Part shown: positions 25,501 to 38,854 of the stretch, in pieces
How positions within the stretch are numbered: the stretch's first letter is position 1
Layout of the letters: each line of letters opens with the position of its first letter
Assembly: GCA_000934665.2 (NCBI GenBank)
Contig: KZ539041.1
Coordinates: forward strand, 1 to 64,000
Direction: 5' to 3'
DNA: 64,000 nt
Origin: Catajapyx aquilonaris
Taxonomy: Eukaryota
The notes under the pieces: generated by a model
What the model was told of the DNA's origin: nothing
Seen by the model: the letters and a program-made list of their open reading frames with translations, nothing else
Databases searched by the model: none
Made by a program: the position numbers and the translations under genes

Positions 25501-28500
25501 TCTAAAATTAAGCAGCTAAATTTTCATGGAAAAATCCAATTATACAGTATACATTTCGTATAAAAAAAATCAGGCTCTTAGATATTGGGTGAATAATATG
25601 AATCTAAAAATAGTCTCTTCTGCGTCTCAGAATTTTTTCTTCTTATGGCATATAGGGGGGGGGGGGAGAGAGAGAAGGAAAATGGTCTGAAATGAATGCT
25701 GCTGAAGAAAGAAAAGTCCATTAGGTGCAGGAAAACAACAAGCCACAAATATGAGCAGGAAGTAATTTTCCAACATGCTGAGAATGGAATTGGAAAGAAA
25801 TAGATTTACCTTTTAGATGACTTGTAGTGAATAGCAGACAGAGAGAGAAAAAAAAATTGGATTTCTGATATACGTCGCATCTATACATTTCCAGCAAGAA
25901 AGCCCATTTAGCCTCAGAGGCACTGTGTAAACAAACATAATATTTGTTTTTCATACTATCTGCATTTTTTCATTTGGGTTTTTTTTCTTCCTTTTTTTGT
26001 GAAGAGCTGGCCTCCCATCACCGAACACTATCAGAAATGGGTTGTTGGGCTTTAGATCTTGTGAAGCAAGTGGTTGAGTGGTAACGTTGAATGGGGCTTA
26101 GGGGATCCTATCTTCCCCCCCTTCTCTTCTTTTCGTTCCCAACCTTCCCCCTTTTTTTTACCCTTCTCAATTAAATAATAACCACTCCGACTTCAAATCA
26201 ACTGGAAAATTAGTCTCCCCTTTTTTTTCACATATTGCGAACAATCATAAAATTTTTGCAATATCCACATCGTTAGGGCTTAGGTTGCTTCAAAAGGCGG
26301 GGTGGGGGTGATACAACAGCAATCTGGGTAATGGAAAAAAGGGCCTGGGTTTATGGCCAGTCTCAAGTTTTGGGCGGTTAAGGTGAAGCCCTGGGCGTTA
26401 TTAGGCTAACCCCCCCCCCTCCCCCCCCCTCTTCTCTCTCAGCCCGCCTTTGCCTTTGGGTCGCCTTCCAAGTTTTATGAAGCTGCTCCGCAATCCGGGC
26501 TCGCCTCCGGATTAGCACCTGAGATCCCCCCCCCCCTCCTCCTCCCTTCCTCACACCAACCTTCTTGTTTACTGCCTGTTTGCCCTGCCAATTACTACTC
26601 CACCATCCTTACCCCTCCTGCGATTGCCAGTATGAATATTTTAACTCCCTTGTCATTATGAGGGAGCTCAAGTGGCGCTATGGAATCCAGTTTCCCTAAC
26701 TTGTTTACAACCTTTCGATCATTGAAGGAATCGGCCTAATAGGCAGGTTTTAGGCTGGATGCTGTCGAAATTCTTGGCCCTCTTTTTTCTGATGAGGGGA
26801 AAATTATGGCAATTTCACGCCAAATATTGATGTTTTTTTCCCTACTGATTTAAATGATTAACCAGAGATGGTGGTATAAATGGGGCCTGATATCTTGGGT
26901 GATGAGAAGGAGTATTGACAGAATGAACAAATGTTGGTTAATAATGATGATAATGACCTAATGAGACGTCTTGAATTGATTTATTAGGCTGCAAGCTATT
27001 AATTTGCGATATGGTTGGCAGAATTAATTTGTCCTAATAAATTATGTACAAAAATGACTAAACAGCACAGAGGACGTAATATCTGGTCAGCAGGTGAATA
27101 ACACCTAACATTCGACCCAACTTTTCGAATGACTTGCTTATGTAGACCATTCAGGCATAAATGATGCAAATCCGACGAAGATTAATATGTGACACTGAAA
27201 CTTCTGTTTGATTGTGGATGGTAGTTTGAAGGGCCTTGCCGCGTGTTTTCGTGCGTTCACTTGAAATGCTTGATAGAGAATGATGTATGTTTTCAGCCTG
27301 GTAGAATAAGCTCGAATATGAAGTATGTTTGTACAGGTTGACATTCAGATAGTGGTGTCAGGAGCATGTTCATTATCATAGCACTTTTGCGAACAAGTAA
27401 TTGGTCATGTCACGTATTGGCAAAAAGAGTAACGCACAAGCAATTAAATGATCACGTTTTATCAGTGGCACTTCAGATTTGGAATGACTTTATGATGAAT
27501 CATGCAAGCTGTTACGTAATTTTTGATTTGTTTGAACTCGCATGGATATGATTTGAATCAACGTGGAGATAGCATTATTTACCCAGAATATGGCATAAAC
27601 TCTGGAAATTATTTGGAGTGAGTTTTCATGCTACCTTCACTTCATATAGTGCCTTTTAAACCATTATGTATTATTTTTCAATGGATTTAATATCTTCTCT
27701 GTCCCTCAGTTTGAGTAAATATTTCACTCAAATAGGCGGAAAATTATATCAGTAATATTGATTGAGTTAGCCAATTTAGATTGGCTATTTTCACTAAAAA
27801 GGAGTGGGTTCTTTATTTAGAGCGTAAAAAATAAAACCCATTCAAACGGAGCAAAAAATCACCGAAAATAATTTAGTAGGCATTTTGAATAATCATATAA
27901 CAATTATTACGTAATTATTAGGATATTCAATAACCAAGCATGTAATTAGGCCTATATTCGTTTTAGCAAATTATTTTCTTCCATGTGTTACGTAAAATAA
28001 ATATGAATAACCTTGAAGAAGAATGCAGTGTCAGTTATTTGGAAATTGAAGGTGTGATGCTTGGTCTAACCTACATCTACAAATCGTTTTTGCCGTTTTC
28101 TGGTAGACTTTTTTCTAACGAAAAATCATATTACAGGGATCTGAAGGAAAACTTTGCCCCACTTGTTCCTCTTTGCGATCTTTTCAGTGTCGTTCAGAGA
28201 GAAAATGCCTCGTGATAAATATACCGTGTACCGAACTCATTATATCCAATCCTATCGGATTGTCAATGTTATTAATAACAATTATTGTTGGTTGTATTGT
28301 TTCAACCCAATGCACCATAGCAATTAAATTGCCCATAAAATTATTCACCATTTAAATAGCGTAATTTTTGACACCGGATTTGGATTCGGGGCTCCATCCA
28401 ACCACCTGGGACATATTTAGGGACTAATAATAATTAATATTCCACTATCTGGATCTGTTATTTTGATCCTTTATATATTTTGACATCAGATTATAACTCA

Positions 28501-29002
28501 CCGGCCACGAATACCCCTAATTGCCGATTATCATGCAGATAGGACCATTTCTCAAATTTTGGGCAGGTTTTTCCCTTGCTTGGAACCACTGCAACGGGGC
28601 GGTTCCTTTCCTTTAGGGTTTCGCATAGTAGGCCAGCAATGAATGCATAGGCTCTCCCGTTCTGGTGTATATAATACTAGAGAGAAAAGAGGTTTCTAAC
28701 CCTTTCCCTTCCCATGAATCAGCCGATATTTCAAGGGATTCTTTGGCTGCCTCCTCGCATGTGGAAGGACAATGGTTCAACCCAACAAACGAGGTCCCCT
28801 CCACCCCCCTTGGAAATTCCCATCATCCTCCCTCCACATGTATAGCTATATACCTGAATGCACCAGCAGAGAGCAATTTTCATATTCTTTTCCATCGATG
28901 CATGTTTCTCTGGTGTTTTTATTGATGTTGCCAAGCCGACGGTCAATTTTATAGAAGGGACTAGAATAATGTATAGAACTGGTTATGGATTACAACCGCA
29001 AC

Positions 29003-29050
<48 letters not shown>

Positions 29051-29064
29051 TGATGATAATAATA
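29003..29064. repeat. (TAA)n/(TGA)n microsatellite
   Basis: Read directly; explains the poly-Ile and poly-Tyr ORFs 28858-29136 and 29002-29220. Confidence 0.97.
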
Positions 29065-32000
29065 GTGTGTATGCAAATGACCTTGTGGCTTTGTTATTAC
29101 AATTTTATAGTAAGCATGACTTTTAGTTTGAAATAGTTTAGCAATATTTTGTAGGCATGGGAGCCAATAGCTTAATTTCAATTGCATGGAAAGAATATAG
29201 CTAAACCTACTGTACCACAAATCGCATCAAAGACCACGATTGAGTAGACCATAAACTAGGCAATTTCTTGAGATTGAAGGTGCTTGCAAATTCTGATGTA
29301 ACATTGCCGCATGCATATGCCTTGGCAAAAAAAGGCCGCCTGTATTTTTTGCACGTATAGCAGGCCATTTGCCCATCTGCTTCTGATGCTGATGTGGGCC
29401 TCCCCTTTTTCTCATGGACGAGCGAAGAGAGAAGCTTCTGTATCAGCTGCAGCCGGCTGGGATTTTAGCATACCGTATACAGTGCACCCCTCCTCCCTTC
29501 CTCCTTCCCTATATGATATGTCGGCGGGGGTTAGCATTGACGAATGATTGTCTCTTCTGGGACCATTCGCTACCACTCTTTTTGTTTTGTGTGTTTTTTT
29601 TTCTTCTTCCTTCCCCTTGTTGTAAACCCCCAAGTTGAGTCCTCGAGCCTGGGCTCTAATCAACAGAGCTCGTTTTTATCAAGTGTTTTAAAGCCTCCAA
29701 ATTTAGGAAAATAATTCTGGAGTCTGCCGCCATGACACGAAAGGCGGAATGAAAAATGTAAAATGTAATGCATCTCTCTCAGGAAGTTCCGTGACCGACA
29801 TGGGTTCCAAAAAAAAAAGAATGGTTCCTTCATCAATCACCCTGATCTTGCACCAGATACACAACTCTCTCTAAAATAGTATCCAAAATGGTGTTATCAC
29901 TTCAGAACAATTTTTTTAAAGTAACACCTTAACTGCAGCACCTTGGTAGTGAAACCCTTTTTTGTGGCCTTTCCATCTCATGAAAGGACGAAAGGGATGT
30001 GTGTGAGAGAGGGAGAGAAAGAGAGAGATGAGGATGGTTGATGGCACCAGGAACCGTGACCTCGCATCCAGATGGGGATAGCTAGAGATATAACAGACCA
30101 CCCCATGTGCATGATGTAAAATCATTCTGGTAAAAATTCCGGTTCATGGCCAGGTTGTGGCTGCTGGAGACTGACTTTGCCAGCCTCATTTCATCTTACT
30201 CTAATAGGACTTACGGGGTTTTTCGGCCGACTGCTAGAGGGGTTATAACCAATTTTGTTATGGACTTGAAAGATAATAAGCAGGCTTGAGGTCGGAGGAT
30301 ATATTTGGTGCATATTTTTTTTTGAAAATAAGAGTGGACGTGGTCGGAAGTGGCAGTCCATTGGGTTTGAATGGACAACTTGGCGTTCGGTCGGTGGGTG
30401 ATCAGGTGTGTCCCGCTGTCATGGAGGGGGGTTTAGTAAAGGTGCTTGTCACAGGGAGGGGCCAAGGAGGAACAGCCAGGGGTGTCCTTTGTGAGGTCGC
30501 GGCGGGGGCCATGTCACCGGTTGCCCTCAAAAGCCACCCTTCTCCCCTTGGTAGCCCTGCTGCTACCAGCACGTGCCCCTCTTCAAAAAAAAAAGAGGGT
30601 CTACTCAACAAAACACGACAAGAAGTCCCAAAACTTCAGATTTTACTTATTTACACAATAACTGGTTGACAACCCCTATTGTTGTCTCCCAAAGGTGTTG
30701 AAAGTCCAGTCATGTTGAAAATTTCCCCATCCCTTCCATGAAATTTGATACACCATTGCAGTCGACTTGGAGAAGTTGATGGCAGAAGTGGGATTGTCAC
30801 TCAAAAGATGGCTGCCTGACTGGGAGGGGGACCCTGGAATCAAGTCATGTGCTGGTAAATCCCCCTCCCTGAGTTGCATTATTCTAACTGGGGAACAGCA
30901 GTGGGAGATGAGAGATGTAGAGTAGGCCTGGCCAAGACGAGGGGATATTTATTGTAATGGTGGGGAGTGCGTTTCCAAGGAGACAGCGTAGAGAGGGGGG
31001 ATCTGCCATGATGGATTTCCACCAAAGAACCAGAACCCTGATGCCAGTGCGGCATGCCAGAATAACGTCATTTTTGTAATTAAAAAACGCATTGTCACTT
31101 CATTAATTACATCCATGATTGTTGAAAAGGAGTTCTAGGAACAGTAGTTGACAGTTTCTATTAATCACGTTCCAAACAAAAATTCGGCCTATTTTACCAA
31201 TTCAATTAGAGTCTAGTCTTCTCAGTAGGGCCAGTGAACTGTGATAGAGGCTCGTTATCGGCCCTTGCCAATTCAATTGGATCGGCCGATCCATCACATG
31301 TAAATAGGTTGAACAGAGGAAAAAAATAGAATAAAAAATGGGAAGTGGGAGGTTGTGGGGGTCCCCCTTCTTTTTTTGGGGAGGGGTAGCTGGTTGCAGC
31401 AAGCCAGAAGAAGCGATAGCAAAGCACTAAAGGGCTCCTCTTAGGATGATGGAAGATGGCGAAGACCCCCACGCGGGTACATTCATAAAACCTCGTTTAC
31501 TTCTGATCGTTGTCAAGGTAATAAAAAAGTCGTTGGGTGTTATTGGTTGTTGGGTGACAGGGTGCCGAGCGCCCTTGATGGCCGCTGGAAGGCGTCGTCA
31601 CGGTTGCCACATCGACACCAAAAAAGTCACACCCCCTCTCTATTTTTTTTATTAGCCACCAGTCACTAGTGTGTGATACTACAATATTTTTTCCAACCCC
31701 CCTGGTGTTGATCTCTTGCAACATCCACCCTCCAAGGAATGATTAATGCATCCTCCTCCCTTACATTTCATCTCCTGGCTATATAAAAAAAACCAGACGT
31801 TGCCCATGCAAAAACCAAGCCCTGTTTGGCAGCGAATTTGGCAAACTGGCAACAAGGTTGATTGGAAGAGAGTAGTACTCTTTTTCCACATCCATCCTCC
31901 CTGGCTTCCCTCCTTTCGTCTTCCATCTTCGCGTCCCTGTCAGGATGATTTATTGTCGAACTCCTTTTTTATCCATTTTCTTTCCATCCTTGTAAGCTTC

Positions 32001-32446
32001 GGGAGGACCTCCCCGTTATTTATGGCTTACCGCTCGCTTTTCTTTAGTGCCCGGCGACGTGGTCCGACCCATCCCGAAAGGCACCGATGACGCTCCCCCG
32101 CACCGGTGCGCCTCTAGGGGGGATAAGTGGAAAATAATCACCTCTCTGATTGGGCCACGTGGCACTACGACAGGTTCGTGAACGTCCGAGAGGGGGATAA
32201 CTCTATGGTTAGAAAAATTGGGGGGGAGTGGGGGGGGGGGGGGGNAAAAGCCTAGAGCATTGCTTTCAGTTGCAGGAGAGTGTATGCAAATGTTTTTGAC
32301 ACATGGCGATTAATATCGACTTTTGGCTGGAATTGATTACTTGGCTGTAATCGCGATTGATTTGCACTGGCGGAGACTACCATGAGTTAAGGGAAAGGAC
32401 AATTTGATAATAGGAAGCTGGTGAAGCAGTTTGGGTTTTTTTAAAA

Positions 32447-32501
32447 TCCCACTGCTAGTTACTGCTAACTTAGCACTGATGCTGCTAAGTTAGCAGTGGG
32501 A
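32447..32501. repeat. Short inverted repeat (hairpin)
   Basis: actgctaacttagca (32461-32475) / tgctaagttagcagt (32483-32497) is a perfect 15-bp stem; extends to tccc/ggga if the 10-bp near-duplicate actgctagtt is looped out. Confidence 0.85.
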
Positions 32502-33556
32502 CGAAAATCCCACCCTTTATCACTACTGGTCCATATATTTCATATTAGTTTCATATTCTGTAACATGCAAAATTTCACTGCCAGATCCACTCCCCCTACC
32601 ATCCTAACCATGACTTTTGGAGCATACAGCTGCCGCATAAAACTGCCAATATGGGCAAAAATCTAAATAGATTGTCCCCCCCCCCCCACCCTTACCGCCC
32701 TCCTTTTTTTTCCAGAACTGAGCCGATGGCAGATGTGCCTCGTTTTTTTCCTGGGAAAAGGGGAACCTTTTTGCATGATGCACAATCCGCGCCATATACA
32801 TGCAGAGTTTGAGGCGTGGCAAATGAGGCCCGGGCTCAGAAACCATTCGTCTTGCCATCATTTGCAAGCGACGGTGCGGTTTTCTGCCACGGCGCGCAAT
32901 CGGAGCCAATTAAGTGGGAACACTGATTTGGAAAGATGCAAGTTTAGAAAATGGAGCACCATGGGTATACCGTAGAGACGGAGGGTGGTCACACGGAGAA
33001 AAGACCTGACATTTCCCCCCCCCCCCTCCCCCCCCCCTTCCTCTTTTCAGAGATCCTTCCATTAAATTTAATTCGACGTTTTATTCATCCCATTCGTCTT
33101 TGCCGAAATGAAGCAAGTTAATGGAAGTCCTGATTTGTAAGCCGCTCTGGAGGACAAATTCCCCTCAACTGCCTCCGAAACATCAAGTTCCAAGGGAAAG
33201 ACTCTATTTTATCGGGCCATTCGGGATGAAATACGCCTGCCGCCCTTCTATCGAGCCTCCCTCCCTTTTCCTACCCTTCCTTACCCACCCCCGCCCTCCC
33301 CTTTTTCTCGTCTCTCGCCGGGGGAAGAAATAGGACTGCAGCTCGAATTGAACCGAGGTTGAGGTTGAGGCCTAGGAAGAAGCCCTAAGAAGGAAAAGGA
33401 GGGAAGGGGGGAAGGGGGGGAGGGGAAGGGGGGGGGAAAAAAGGCTCCAGGGAGAGGTTCTTTCTTGCCCAGCCTGCATTTCAGGGGAACTGCCAAAATG
33501 AGGCTTTCCCTATTCCCCATATACCCAGCAGCCATCTTTATGCCTATAAGGTATAA

Positions 33557-33586
33557 GTCACGTGGTTTGAATCTAGTGCTGATTGG
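33557..33586. promoter_or_regulatory. Promoter-like module: GTCACGTGG + TTTGAA (CHR-like) + reverse CCAAT
   Basis: gtcacgtgg 33557-33565, tttgaa 33566-33571, ctgattgg 33579-33586; a further CCACGTGG at ~33625 and a YY1-like gccatctt at ~33531. Confidence 0.45.
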
Positions 33587-36500
33587 ATCCTCGCCTCATG
33601 TAATCCGTCGTGTCAGATAAGGAGCCACGTGGGTATAGGGGGATATGTCTAATCCAAATCTGGAAAAATGCAATCTTAATCGAAATCACCACAATGTTAG
33701 TACCTGTAATGAAGTGTTAGCATTTGGAAAAAAACTGTCATATAGTCTTTTTCAAGAAAAAAAAAGGGGGGGACGTAAATAAAATACTAAAAAATGGGAT
33801 TCAACGCCGGGGAAAAGCCGAATCCTCCTTTCATCTGGAAGAAGAGAGGCTGCTCCTTCTGAATATTGTGAAGGCCTTGGGAGGGAATAGAGGGGGAAAA
33901 GGAGGAGAAGAAGAAAAAAAAAGTAAAAAGAAACGAAGAAAAGTCCAGCCGACACACTCGTGTCCCCGACCAGCTCCCGGAGCGCTGATTTATTTGTCTG
34001 CCTTCCTACGTGATGGAGGGAATAAATGGGAGATAAAGCGGAGTCCCACACGGAATTCGATTTCCCTGTGTTCCCCTACATTTTATCGGGAGGTCTCTCA
34101 AGTAAAGAAGAAAAAAAAATGTGAGAGAGACGACCATAGTTGCCGCATCCAACATTGTTTAGGAAGGGCTAAATGTGGTCACTAATTGAGAGTTAAGTGT
34201 GGTAACAATGGTAGTTGCGACAACACTGGCTGATAGCATTTGGATGAAGGTAGAAGGTAGTCGACTATGATTGGACGGTTTTTCTGCTCGAATCATAGGA
34301 TTTCTGGCCATAGACCTTCCAAAATGTTTCTCAGCGCCTGCGCTTATTTTTTTTAGCCTGGTATACTAGACATGGAAGCCATGATGCATATGATATTCAC
34401 AGAAAGTCGTTTACGATATCTGCATGCGAAGATTTATAGTTCAGAAGATGGGCAAAAATCGTTCTCGCTATAGATGCATACTGAATGCTAATATCAAACA
34501 CTCGACGCCATAGTCACCTGCTCTAAAATGCCAATCTATCCTATGTCGTATACTCACCGCCGTACGTGCGGTTGCATACTCAGCAGGAAAAAAAAGTATC
34601 TTATCCAAATATTCTTTTTGTTACAGATCCGTCCAGAGAAGTCCATGGCAGCTACATGGTAAGTGCGGCAAATCCAGAATCCACACCGGGAAGGGTTTTT
34701 TTTTTTTTTTTTTAAAGGGCATATGCAACCGTATTTGTAAAAGAGGGTTTGCCATCCCATCAGTGAATCTTCTTCTGGTGCACCTCCTTCTTCTCTCAGA
34801 AGCTTTTTTCCTCGCGCTTCACACGATTCTATCAAGGAATCCGTTCGGCAGGGATTGGAACTTTTTTTTTTTGTTCCTTTCCTTTTCCGCCCTCTGTCTC
34901 CCTCGAAAGACAGGCTATAGGACGGAAGGGATGTGAGGATGTTGTGTGGGCACAGGAATCAAAGTGCTCTCTGTGTTTCCATCTCTTCTTCCCTTTCCCT
35001 CCCAGCCAAAAGGGCTTTGGAAATCTATCACTGCCGCGGCTGTAGTGGGAATTGCGATCCCTCTGCAATTACCTCGAGTACCCCGGTAGTCAGGCTATGG
35101 CTATAGCTAGCCTTAAACCGTTACTAGGATGTTGTTTGGAGATATATTTCAAAAACGGGGTTTATGATTAGAATTGATTACCTGTTTATTGTTTAATCCG
35201 GGGTCGCATTAGGGGTAGCCCAAAAGAAGAGGGTTGCTAATAAGAGGAAATGTAGCGTTTATTCTGAAAACGGCAGTGTCTCTGGAGGAAGGAGGGTGGG
35301 TGGGCGGAAGGAATCGGTGAGAGGAAAAATTGCGCCCATTTTCCGAGTGAAATTTTACAGCATTCCTGACACAAGGCCCGAAAGGTATTACTTCTCTTCT
35401 CCAGTCTCCATCAGCAGAAGTAAGGGGCGAACAGAAACGACACTTTCCTTTTTCTCCCCCTTCGTCAAAGAAACAAATTGAAGTAAGTTTCCGTGTATTT
35501 TTGCCATCCCCAAATATTCCTTTCGGATTGTAATATCTCCTTGTTGAGGAGAAATGCCCCATTTAGGTTCCATTTGCACCGGGCCGAAGACAGCGGCTCC
35601 AGACGCGCGACATTCTTTGGGGAGCAGGAAATGAAATATTGCACACTAAAGGATTCTTCCAATTTTCTAGCCGAAGTACAAAATACGGTCGTCAGGAGTC
35701 ATTGTATCAGAGAGGAGAGGAAATGGGTTTTGGTGTGAGCCTGGGAGCCCTTAAATATTGCTGCAGACGTCAAGGATGCTGGCTGTATGTGTGTATATGT
35801 GGGTCAATATTTGGTAAAGGTACAATATGCTGTCCCAGTGAAGTCAGCACTGGTAATTATAGTATATTATGCTTTAGATACACTATTACACATTATGCAC
35901 ATGTTAAAAGACGAGGCAATTAATCATAAGTACCATATACTGTGTCTAAAAATTGAGTTTTTGGATCAATATTTGCTAAAGGAGTCAAATTGAGTATGGT
36001 AACGAAAGTGTTTATTTACCAACCATAATTTATTTCCTGCATTCTCTAACTATTTGTATTTATACTGTGTAATGTATCACTTTTCATCAGATACTTTCCA
36101 AGATAATTTTTATGTCATTACCGTAATGACTTATTAAATTTTCGCATCTGTTAAAACATTTCGATTTATTATACAAATGCAGTAAGCACACTTCCCACCT
36201 CTTAACAATATGGGAATAAAATTATCATCTTTACAATAATTTTACACATTTGAAGTATTAAGAAAGTTGTGCCACCACGATTGTCTTTATTGCAAACAGA
36301 TGGTCATTATCATCGCGCCACGACCGACATTCCAGGATCATACGAGTATTCAAATTGACAAAAGACTTATTTTAATAGGATAGTTACTAACTTACGATAT
36401 ATTTATACATGAGTGACACTAAAGTGATGCCAAGTGGATATGGAATAATATTCGATGCTGCATCATTTCTAACTGTAATTCAGAAAAATAATATTGTGAA

Positions 36501-36670
36501 TCGATAATTTGACGCATATTAACATTACAAGTAGTCAGAAAATGCAGAAATAAAAGAACATAGTCAATTTGACTCTTTAGCAAATATGACCAGTATATAC
36601 CTCGGCACAGAAGTGCTTCCTGGGTCATAGGACAACCTGCAAGGCGGTGACACGCACAGCAACGCCCCTC

Positions 36671-36788
36671 TGGCTCAAGGCCACAGGGAAGCAGGCGGCT
36701 CAAGGCCATATAGGGAAGCAGGTGGCTCAAGGCCATGTAGGGAAGCAGGTGGCTCAAGGCCATATAGGGAAGCAGGTGGCCCAAGGCC
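36671..36788. repeat. 27-bp minisatellite, ~4.4 copies (tggctcaaggccatatagggaagcagg)
   Basis: Consecutive near-identical units, the first 2 nt shorter. Source of the (MALSHLLPY)n repeat in ORF 36419-37015. Confidence 0.95.
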
Positions 36789-36848
36789 GTGCGGGACACT
36801 GACTCACAGAGTACAGGGGAGAGGGAGGGGTAGGGGTGTCTAGTATAG

Positions 36849-37725
36849 ATAAGTTTGGGACTGTGAGTGCGAATAAGGCCCTGGGAAAAGGTGATGGATG
36901 GCGGAAAAGGGGAGGGAGTGGGGAGTTGGTTTTCCGTCTGTGTGGGAGGCGGTGGAATGGGGCATGTTGGTCGTGGGACGTGCGTGGAATGGGAGCGGCG
37001 CCATTGGACGGGCATCAGTATTCCGGCAGAGGGCGCCTAACAGGATCCGGGGGGGCTCTCCCCCCATTCCCCCCTCCTTCGCTCCCTCCCCTACCTGCGC
37101 CGCCCGCTTCCCAGCCTAATTTGGCCACGGATGAAGTCTCGGAGGAAAAATTTGAGCATTTACTCCAGATAGAAGTACATTAGGAGACAGGCAGAGGGGG
37201 AATAAAAGGAAGAAGGTGGGCGCAGGAGCAAGAAAAGAAGGGTCTCGCAAGTCCTCCCAATGGGGAGAGTAACAATCTCTGGAGAGCCTCCCCTCCCCTC
37301 CGCCCCCCACTCTCCCCGCCACCCTTCGCGATTCATTCGCCCTAGTTAGGAGCCCGTTCTCATTACCAACACAATGTCCCACTTTCAAATTTGGTTCCCG
37401 GAGGGACGGATTTTTATGGTGTCGTGTCTTGTTACCTTTTGGTGACAAGTACGGCGTGATGACACTAATACTTTGGAATTTATAATTTTATTGGAGAAGT
37501 GAGAAAATTAGGTGTTTAGTGACAGTTTTGCGATTGTTATTTGTATATATTTGCTTTCATTATTTAGTGCAGGGATGAGCAGTATATAGGGCTATAGAAA
37601 CCATTTTCATCAGTTAAGTGCCATTTTTTTAGCTCTTTCAAGCCACCTATAGACTGCAGGCAGATGACTTTTGCGGATACTTGAGACTTGGACAAACCAT
37701 AGAAATGCCTGAAACTATATTATAA
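36849..37725 (+). CDS. Candidate 3' exons of an unidentified gene (36849-36862, 37115-37174, 37633-37725)
   Basis: Donor gtgagt (36863), pyrimidine-rich acceptors at 37114 and 37632, weak donor gtacat (37175); spliced frame ..KFGT|PNLATDEVSEEKFEHLLQIE|LFQATYRLQADDFCGYLRLGQTIEMPETIL*. No homologue recognised. Confidence 0.3.
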
Positions 37726-38159
37726 TGGAAATCATGACATGAAAGACAGCGAAGACAACGGGAATCCCACAATCTCTTAGACTCTTGGTTTCAGTGCAGA
37801 GATGGTACAACGTCAACGAGAAACCCATCAACAGAGTCTGAAGTAGATTTTATGTCTTTACACACTGTGTTCCACTTTATAGCAAGGCTCAATATTGATA
37901 GGACAATATTTGAAAGGTGTTTATGCCATACAGAAACGGTAACGTTGATTCTTCAGTGTTTACCACATTCGACACAAGTCCGGAAACATTTTATATCGTA
38001 ACATTGTATGCCGCTATGTGGAGGAAAATCGGTTAAGCGAATGACTAGAGTGTCATCAGTGAGATTTATGATACTGTTGAATATACATACAATGTTTAAT
38101 AACCAACAGTTCTGGTAGCAGCAGGGGAACTAATTTTCCTTTGTCTTCCTTGGAATATA

Positions 38160-38854
38160 CAGGGTGTCTCTATTGAAATTAAATTTGTGGTTAGCTATTG
38201 TTGCACTAACAGTAAGATGATTGTTTTAAGCAGGTACTTTGGAGTATTTCCATTTGATGGCTATCAAAATTATTAGCTGCTAATATTAAGCCGAATTGAA
38301 TCATATGTCCACATTGTGTGTGGAAACTAATTTTATTGTGAGATATCTTTTTTTTTAAGGCAGATCCTGTAAAAGTGCTAAAAAGAATGTACCACACAAC
38401 CTGATATTAGCAGAGTTGTGCTTTTGATAACCACTACTGAAACGTGTCTACTTCAAAGTTACTTACTTACTTAAAGCGGGCAACTTAGTGCCAAAAAATG
38501 ATAACCACTAATATAATGAATAACAACAACAACAACAACAACAGCAACAACAACCATAACCATAACAATGGGTACCCCGTGATAGGCCTGCTTGGGCCTT
38601 TTAGGGGATCTTATTTTCATTCACCGACTTTATTCATTTGCCTGTCCTGTGATGGGTTTTGATTGTGGGAGGAAACGGGAGAACCCCGAGAAAACCCACG
38701 CGAACACGGAGAGAACCCTTCGAAACTCTATCCATATAAGCATCCTCTGTCCGATCCTGGGATCGAGCTAGGGGTTAAAGGTGGAAGGCTGTGGCGCTAA
38801 CCACTACGCCACCGTGTCGCCCACCACTAATTTAATTTCAATTAGAAAACCCTG
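38160..38854. mobile_element. Tc1/mariner-type MITE (CAGGGT.. termini, TA TSD) whose right TIR is split by a SINE
   Basis: Left TIR cagggtgtctctattgaaattaaatttgtggttagctattgttgcactaa matches the right TIR reconstructed after SINE removal (rev-comp cagggttttctaattgaaattaaattagtggttatcattttttggcactaa); TA at 38158-38159 and 38855-38856. Confidence 0.85.
38513..38822 (-). mobile_element. tRNA-derived SINE with V-type conserved core (V-SINE-like)
   Basis: Minus-strand head gggcgacacggTGGCGTAGTGGttagcgc (A box 38801-38811), B-box-like gctcgatccc (38759-38768); plus-strand core tgtgggaggaaacgggagaaccccgagaaaacccacgcgaacacggagagaac (from 38664) resembles the V domain; (TTG)n tail 38521-38568; 9-bp TSD accactaat at 38504-38512 and 38823-38831. 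Confidence 0.9.

Noticed and set aside
29840..30890. Multi-exon minus-strand gene model
   Set aside because: A phase-consistent chain can be built only by choosing among weak sites, and the peptide has no recognisable features.
36419..37015. 198-aa minus-strand ORF as a gene
   Set aside because: Its length is explained by the 27-bp minisatellite and C-rich low-complexity sequence; no recognisable domain.
38759..38822. tRNA gene
   Set aside because: The A/B boxes belong to the SINE head; no cloverleaf 3' end, and it continues into the SINE core and tail.
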